A DNA stretch of 64,000 bases from positions 21,018,001 to 21,082,000 of the forward strand of contig OZ024748.1 in the NCBI GenBank assembly GCA_964016885.1, given 5' to 3'. The translations under genes and the position numbers were made by a program. This document shows positions 57,640 through 64,000 of the stretch, piece by piece (within the stretch, counting starts at the first letter, position 1; the number at the start of each line of letters is the position of its first letter). The notes under the pieces were generated by a model. That model had not been told where the DNA came from, made no database searches, and worked only from the letters and a program-made list of their open reading frames with translations. This DNA is from Eledone cirrhosa (taxonomy: Eukaryota).

Positions 57640-58575
57640 TGTTTGTGTGTTTGTATGTGTGTATGTATATGTACATGTGTGTGTGTGTGTGTTTGTGTGT
57701 TTGTATGTGTGTGTGTTTGTGTGTTTGTATGTGTGTATGTATATGTACATATGTATGTGTGTGTGTTTGTGTGTTTGTATGTGTGTATGTATATGTACAT
57801 ATGTATGTGTGTGTGTATTTGTGTGTTTGTATGTGTGTATGTATATGTACATGTGTATGTGTGAGTATTTGTGTGTTTGTATGTGTGTATGTATATGTAC
57901 ATATGTATGTGTGTGTGTTTGTGTGTTTGTATGTGTGTATGTATATGTACATATGTATTTGTGTGCGTTTGTGTGTTTGTATGTGTGTATGTATATGTAC
58001 ATGTGTATGTGTGTGTGTTTGTGTGTTTGTATGTGTGTATGTATATGTACATGTGTATGTGTGTGTGTTTGTGTGTTTGTATGTGTGTATGTATATGTAC
58101 ATATGTATGTGTGTGTGTTTGTATGTTTGTATGTGTGTATGTATATGTACATATGTATTTGTGTGCGTTTGTGTGTTTGTATGTGTGTATGTATATGTAC
58201 ATATGTATGTGTGTGTGTTTGTATGTGTGTATGTATATGTACATATGTATGTGTGTGTGTTTGTGTGTTTGTATGTGTGTATGTATATGTACATATGTAT
58301 TTGTGTGTGTTTGTGTGTTTGTATGTGTGTATGTATATGTACATATGTATGTGTGTGTGTGTTTGTGTGTTTGTATGTGTGTATGTATATGTACATATGT
58401 ATGTGTGTGTGTTTGTGTGTTTGTATGTGGGTATGTATATGTACATGTGTATATGTGTGTGTATTTGTGTGTTTGTATGTGTATATGTATATGTACATGT
58501 ATATGTACATGTGTATGTGTGTGTGTTTGTGTGTTTGTAAGTGTGTATGTATATGTACATGTGTATGTTTGTGTG
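57640..58575. repeat. ~60-bp (TG/TA)-derived minisatellite
   Basis: Unit ~TTTGTGTGTTTGTATGTGTGTATGTATATGTACATATGTATGTGTGTGTG. Confidence 0.9.
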
Positions 58576-58837
58576 TGTGCGCGCCTACGCGCGTTTTAAT
58601 CCGGCACTGGTTCGTCCTCGTGGGACTGAAACATTTGATCACTGCCTAAAAAGTGTTTAAATTAATCCTTCTGGCTTATTTCAGTTTGGGAATATGTTTA
58701 TTGAAGAGGTATGTTAGAAATGTGAAATTACATCTTCTTTTCAATTGTTCATAGATATCCCCGGTCTCTTGTATTGTTCTCAGTATATTAAATCAGAGTG
58801 ACTAGCTGACTTCTACAACAGAGCTGGTTTTCAATCT

Positions 58838-59140
58838 GTGGCCGCAATCAACATCAAGCCAATCTATGGCAAACTCCCTCGAGCCTCTGCCCTTCTAAAA
58901 TCCCGGAGAGCTCAATTTGCTGGCCACTGTCACCGTGCCAGCAATGAAATCATATCCGCTCTCTTGCTCTGGAACCCTGACTCCAGCCTGACTAGGAGTA
59001 GGAAGCTGTCATTCCCTGACGTTATCTCTAGGGATACGGGAATCAGTAGACGGGACCTGGGGGCAGCGATGGGGGACAGAGAATTCTGGGGCATGAGAGT
59101 GAGATCCATCATCTCGACAGTAGTCGACGAATGATACATG
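58838..59140 (+). mobile_element. RTE-clade LINE 3' fragment
   Basis: RRAQFAGHCHRA..LLLWNP..AMGDREFW. Confidence 0.75.
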
Positions 59141-59569
59141 TAAAAGAATGTGTATATATGTGTGTATGTTTTTGGTTGCCAACTCTGCGCAAGACATTTT
59201 AGATCAATGGCTGGGCTAAAAAGCTACATTCGATCGCAGCACCATTAATTATTGATATATATATGTGTGTTCTTTTTTTTTTTCGCGCAATGGCCATACT
59301 CGATAACGAGGGGGCAGCCACCTTGTATGTATGTATGTATGTTTAGCTGCAGCTTGATAATGTCTCTCTTCCCTATTTGGTGGCTGTTGCGGTCCAGTGC
59401 GGTATACCGAGTTTGGGAAGGTGGCTGGTCCTCGTTTGATTTGCCGAATTTAGAGGGTGGGTGGTGGGTTGGTTTAGCAAGAGTCATGGGTGCAGGTTGG
59501 TGTAAGGTTTAGGGTGTTTGTGGACTGATTGGATACTGCCAATCCACTGCCAATAATGAAAATAAGCTA

Positions 59570-59754
59570 ATAATTGTTTCTACTTTTGGCAAAAGGCCAG
59601 CAATTATTCCAGTGTATTACTGGTACTTTATTTTATCGAACCCGAAAGGAGGGAAGGCAAAGTTAACTTGGGCTGTATTTGAACTCAGAACGTAAAGGGC
59701 CATAACTCTTTGCTGAAAAGCATGGCGTCCGACCCTCTACCGATACTGCCAATC
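59570..59754 (-). mobile_element. S1 SINE
   Basis: S1 core. Confidence 0.85.
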
Positions 59755-59912
59755 ATGAGAACCAATTTGAAATAAGAAGGCCACAGTCACATTGAGTTGG
59801 CTCTGAATATATTATCATGTTTTCTCAGTATTGAATAAATTATGATGCAATATGATATGTATTTAAATAGGAATTATGGTATAACATAATGTAGACCGGT
59901 ATAACGAACACC

Positions 59913-59944
<32 letters not shown>

Positions 59945-59946
59945 CA

Positions 59947-59989
<43 letters not shown>

Positions 59990-60029
59990 AGACAATAACA
60001 TCAGCAGCAACAACCGTCATCACCAGTTA

Positions 60030-61165
60030 GACCATCAACATCACCATCATCAATACCACCATAACACCACTACTATCAATTCCACCATCAACACCACGAC
60101 CATTAACACCAATACCACCAATACCACCATCAACACCACCACCATCAACACCACCACCACCAATACCACCATCAACACCACCACCACCAATACCACCATC
60201 AACACCACCACCACCAATACCACCATCAACACCACCACCACCACCAATACCACCATCAACACCACCACCACCAATACCACCATCAACACCACCACCACCA
60301 CCAATACCACCATCGACACCACCACCATCAATACCACCATCAACACCACCACCACCAATACCACCACCAACACCACCACCACCACCAATACCACCATCAA
60401 CACCACCACCATCAACACCACCAATACCACCATCAACACCACCACCACCAATACCACCATCAACACCACCACCACCAATACCACCATCAACACCATAACC
60501 ATCAACACCACCACCACCAATACCACCATCAACACCACCACCATCAACACCACCACCACCAATACCACCATCAACACCACCACCATCAACACCACCACCA
60601 CCAATACCACCATCAACACCACAACCATCAACACCACCACCACCAATACCACCATCAACACCACAACCATCAACACCACCACCACCAATACCACCATCAA
60701 CACCACCACCACCAATACCACCATCAACACCACCACCATCAACACCACCACCACCAATACCACCATCAACACCACAACCATCAACACCACCACCACCAAT
60801 ACCACCATCAACACCACAACCATCAACACCACCACCACCAATACCACCATCAACACCACAACCATCAACACCACCACCATCAACACCACCACCAACAACA
60901 GCACCATCAACACCACCACCACCAATACCACCATCAACACCACCACCACCAATACCACCATCAACACCACCACCATCAACACCACCATCAACAGCACCAC
61001 CAACAACAACAACACAAACCACCACAACCATCAAAGCCACCAACATCAACACCAGCGCAAACCGCTTCCAGGACCGCCACCATTACCACCACAGCCACCA
61101 CCACCGCTACCATCACTACAACAACCACCACCACCACCACCACCACCACCACCACCACCACCATT
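60030..61165. repeat. (ACC)-based minisatellite (CCAATACCACCATCAACACCACCA units)
   Basis: Direct reading. Confidence 0.9.
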
Positions 61166-61289
61166 ACGACCAACACCTCCCCCCCCCCCTTCCTTAATAT
61201 TTAAATCTCCATACGGCCGTTGATTATATGCTGATGTAATCATTAAAATGAGGAATCGGCCTCCATATCAAATCCGAAAGCTAATGGAT

Positions 61290-61380
<91 letters not shown>

Positions 61381-61611
61381 GACAGACACGTACGCGCACA
61401 CACACACTCATACACACACACACACACACGTACACATAAACTCACATACATACACACACCCATACACACACGCATACACACATACACATAATATACACAC
61501 ACACATGCACACACACATACACATACACATACACGTACACACACACATGCATACACACACACATACACACACGCATACACACATACACATAATACACACA
61601 TACACACACAC

Positions 61612-61654
<43 letters not shown>

Positions 61655-61761
61655 TACACGTACACACACATACATACGCATACACGTACACACACATACG
61701 CACACACCGATATAATATGGCATTGTGGCTGCAAGTAGTGTTGCGAACAAAATAAAGAGTG

Positions 61762-62156
61762 CGGATGTCATGCTTTGCAGCATAGAGTTACAGCCCTTTA
61801 TGGTCTGAGTTCAAATCCCACCAAGTTTAACTTTGCCTTTCATCCTTACGAGGAGGTCGATAAAATAAAGTACCAGTAATACACTGGGATAATTGCTGGC
61901 CTTGTGCCAAAAGTAGAAACAGTTATTATTGAGGGCGGTTGATTGGCAGTATCGGTAGAGCGTCGGACAACATGATTTGTGGCATAACGTAACGAACCTT
62001 TACGTTCTGAGTTCAAATCCCGCCGAGATTAGTTTTGCCTTTTATGGGGTCGATAAAATAAAGTACCACTAAGAACTGGTGTCGATTTATTCGACTTTCC
62101 CCTCCCCCCGCCCTCCCTTAAAAAAAAAATTGCTTGCCTTGTGCCTATATTATTAT
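61762..62156 (+). mobile_element. Two tandem S1-type SINEs
   Basis: S1 core and A/B boxes. Confidence 0.85.
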
Positions 62157-62989
62157 TTTGTTGTTGTTACTGGTGCTGCTGTTGTTGTTGTTATGTACTT
62201 TAAATTAAAATGCATTAGGTGTAAGTCAACTGAGGAATATTTTCAACACGTGAAACAACATAACATGTAAACTTACAGCGACACGTATTGTTATTTTCTT
62301 ATCTGGGTAATAAATCGGTTTTTATTTTTATATTGTCGATTACAATGTAGAGTATATATTTTCTATATACTTTACATATCTTTACTTCTAAAACACATTA
62401 CATTATTTCTACATTTCTAATTAACTGGTCAGTTGTTGATTGTTTTGTTAAAATGTGTTCCATGATAGACCCTTTTCACACCAAAATTATCAACCCGACG
62501 TTCTTTTAGGTACCATATGTAAGTGGATATGACCGTTGCATTCCTCATTTCTGGAAATAGATTTGTGATATAAGAAACAGCACGTGTCTGCTTAATTGAT
62601 AAGAGTAAGACACACGGAGTTGTAAGTATGAGGATGATACAAGAAAACAAATACGTGGTAATGAAGTAACTGTCTTGCTGTCAACGTAGTGGAGTAGTGC
62701 GGGAAGGTGGATTGTACCAAGATCATATAGATTGCCACGTGATCGGGTAGGGTATGCATTACCAATGAAGTCCTAATGACACTTGAAGACATATTTTCTT
62801 CTTGAATGTTGAACTACAGCCGTCATTCGCAATCCTGTATGAATTGGTATTAAATATCTTCTTCTTCTTCTTCTTCTTCTTCTTCTTCTTCTTCTTCTTC
62901 TTCTTCTTCTTCTTCTTCTTCTTCTTCTTCTTCACCATTATCATCATCATCATCATTATCATCATCATCATCATTATCATCATCATCAT

Positions 62990-63260
62990 CTTTTTCTTCT
63001 GAGAGAGTCGTCGATGCAGAGTTCTAAAAAACGCCTTCCAGCGTGTCCTATCTGAATCAATTGATCCGGCTGGATCTCCAAACGAGACCAACCAAGCTCT
63101 TGGATGTTCTCCATCTTTCTCTCTCGTGGTCTGCCTCTGGGTCTCCTGTCAGTTATTTTTGCTCGTAAAATCTGCCCAGCGATTCTTTCCTGAGACATCC
63201 TAACGGTAGTATCGGAGATGTGATCTCCGTATTCGGATATCTCCATTAAACTCTGAAAAC
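62990..63260 (-). mobile_element. RTE-clade LINE 3' fragment related to 34050-34295
   Basis: RMSQERIAGQILRAKITDRRPRGRPR..LGWSRLEIQPDQL. Confidence 0.7.
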
Positions 63261-64000
63261 TGGCAATGGGCCTGCGACCTGCCATATGAGTTGTAGGATG
63301 GACACACATAAAGTTTGCGTGTCCTGAGACCTCAAAGAGGGTCCCGAAGGGAACAAATCCTTCCAATTGACAGCTGGAACGTTACAACGTTTGAATACAC
63401 ATATGCAGAGGAAATAAAACAAGATTGGTCGATTGGTAGTGCTGAGCAAACCCCTCTAGCTGCGACATATGTGATAGTAGGAGACACTGCAAATCAAATA
63501 ACACGTAGAAACTCCTTCACTCTCTCGCTGTTCATCTTCGATTTTGTTTCTCCCGAAATTGTACGGACTGGCGAAAATATAACATATCTGTTACAATCTC
63601 TATATAAAACTGACTGTCAACATAGAAAATAGTACATCTGTTCATATTCTTGTTATTGGTAGTCTTGTTTCTCTCGACATTAGTACTGACTGGCGAAAAT
63701 ATAACAACTTTTTCGATCTCTATATAAAACTGATGGTAAACAGAGAAAATAGTGGAAATATGTTTTTATTCCATGTTAGTTATTTTGTTATATTTCACAT
63801 AAAACAGAATTTCTACGCGATTTCGAAACAGTGCGTCATGAGTATCAAAACAACTCTGATGAACAATTAAATATTACTAAGTAAAGTCTACATGTTAGTC
63901 ATCATATAACATGGCGGCCGTAATAAAATATATGAACAACCGAACAAAGAAATTTACTGAATAAAACAGTGAGACTGTGTAACAAATAAAACAACATCGA

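Noticed and set aside
60027-61052. Gly-rich GGGVDGGIG ORF resembling a structural protein
   Set aside because: Overlapping frames are equally open, the start is a non-ATG codon and there is no unique flanking coding sequence; cannot be supported without RNA data.
63850-63880. CTGATGA motif
   Set aside because: No stem II or GAAA partner; chance match.

Overview
AT-rich, microsatellite-dense eukaryotic DNA, most likely a coleoid cephalopod (Octopus-like, judged from the SINE and LINE repertoire; inference). No host protein-coding gene is recognisable, and almost all long ORFs in the track are translations of simple repeats. Known-type content: 5'-truncated Tx1/L1-clade LINEs (one with an open 670-aa RT/zf-RVT frame), RTE-clade 3' fragments, about 20 copies of a tRNA-derived SINE with (ATT)n tails, a second tRNA-SINE, a non-autonomous Helitron, a piggyBac-like MITE and several minisatellites. 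Main observation: most short 'unique' islands between (TA)n tracts are non-coding elements from about 10 families with little sequence similarity, which carry type-I hammerhead ribozyme folds (stem I-CUGANGA-stem II-GAAA-short, often palindromic stem III-UH-stem I'). Many are head-to-head foldbacks, several folded at the ribozyme stem II. One is circularly permuted (about 455-nt monomer), some carry variant cores (U4A; U3/A8), and four share a 3' ACTC/GAGT hairpin. They resemble Penelope-like pseudo-LTRs or metazoan retrozymes that target (TA)n. All folds were read by eye, and ribozyme activity is untested.
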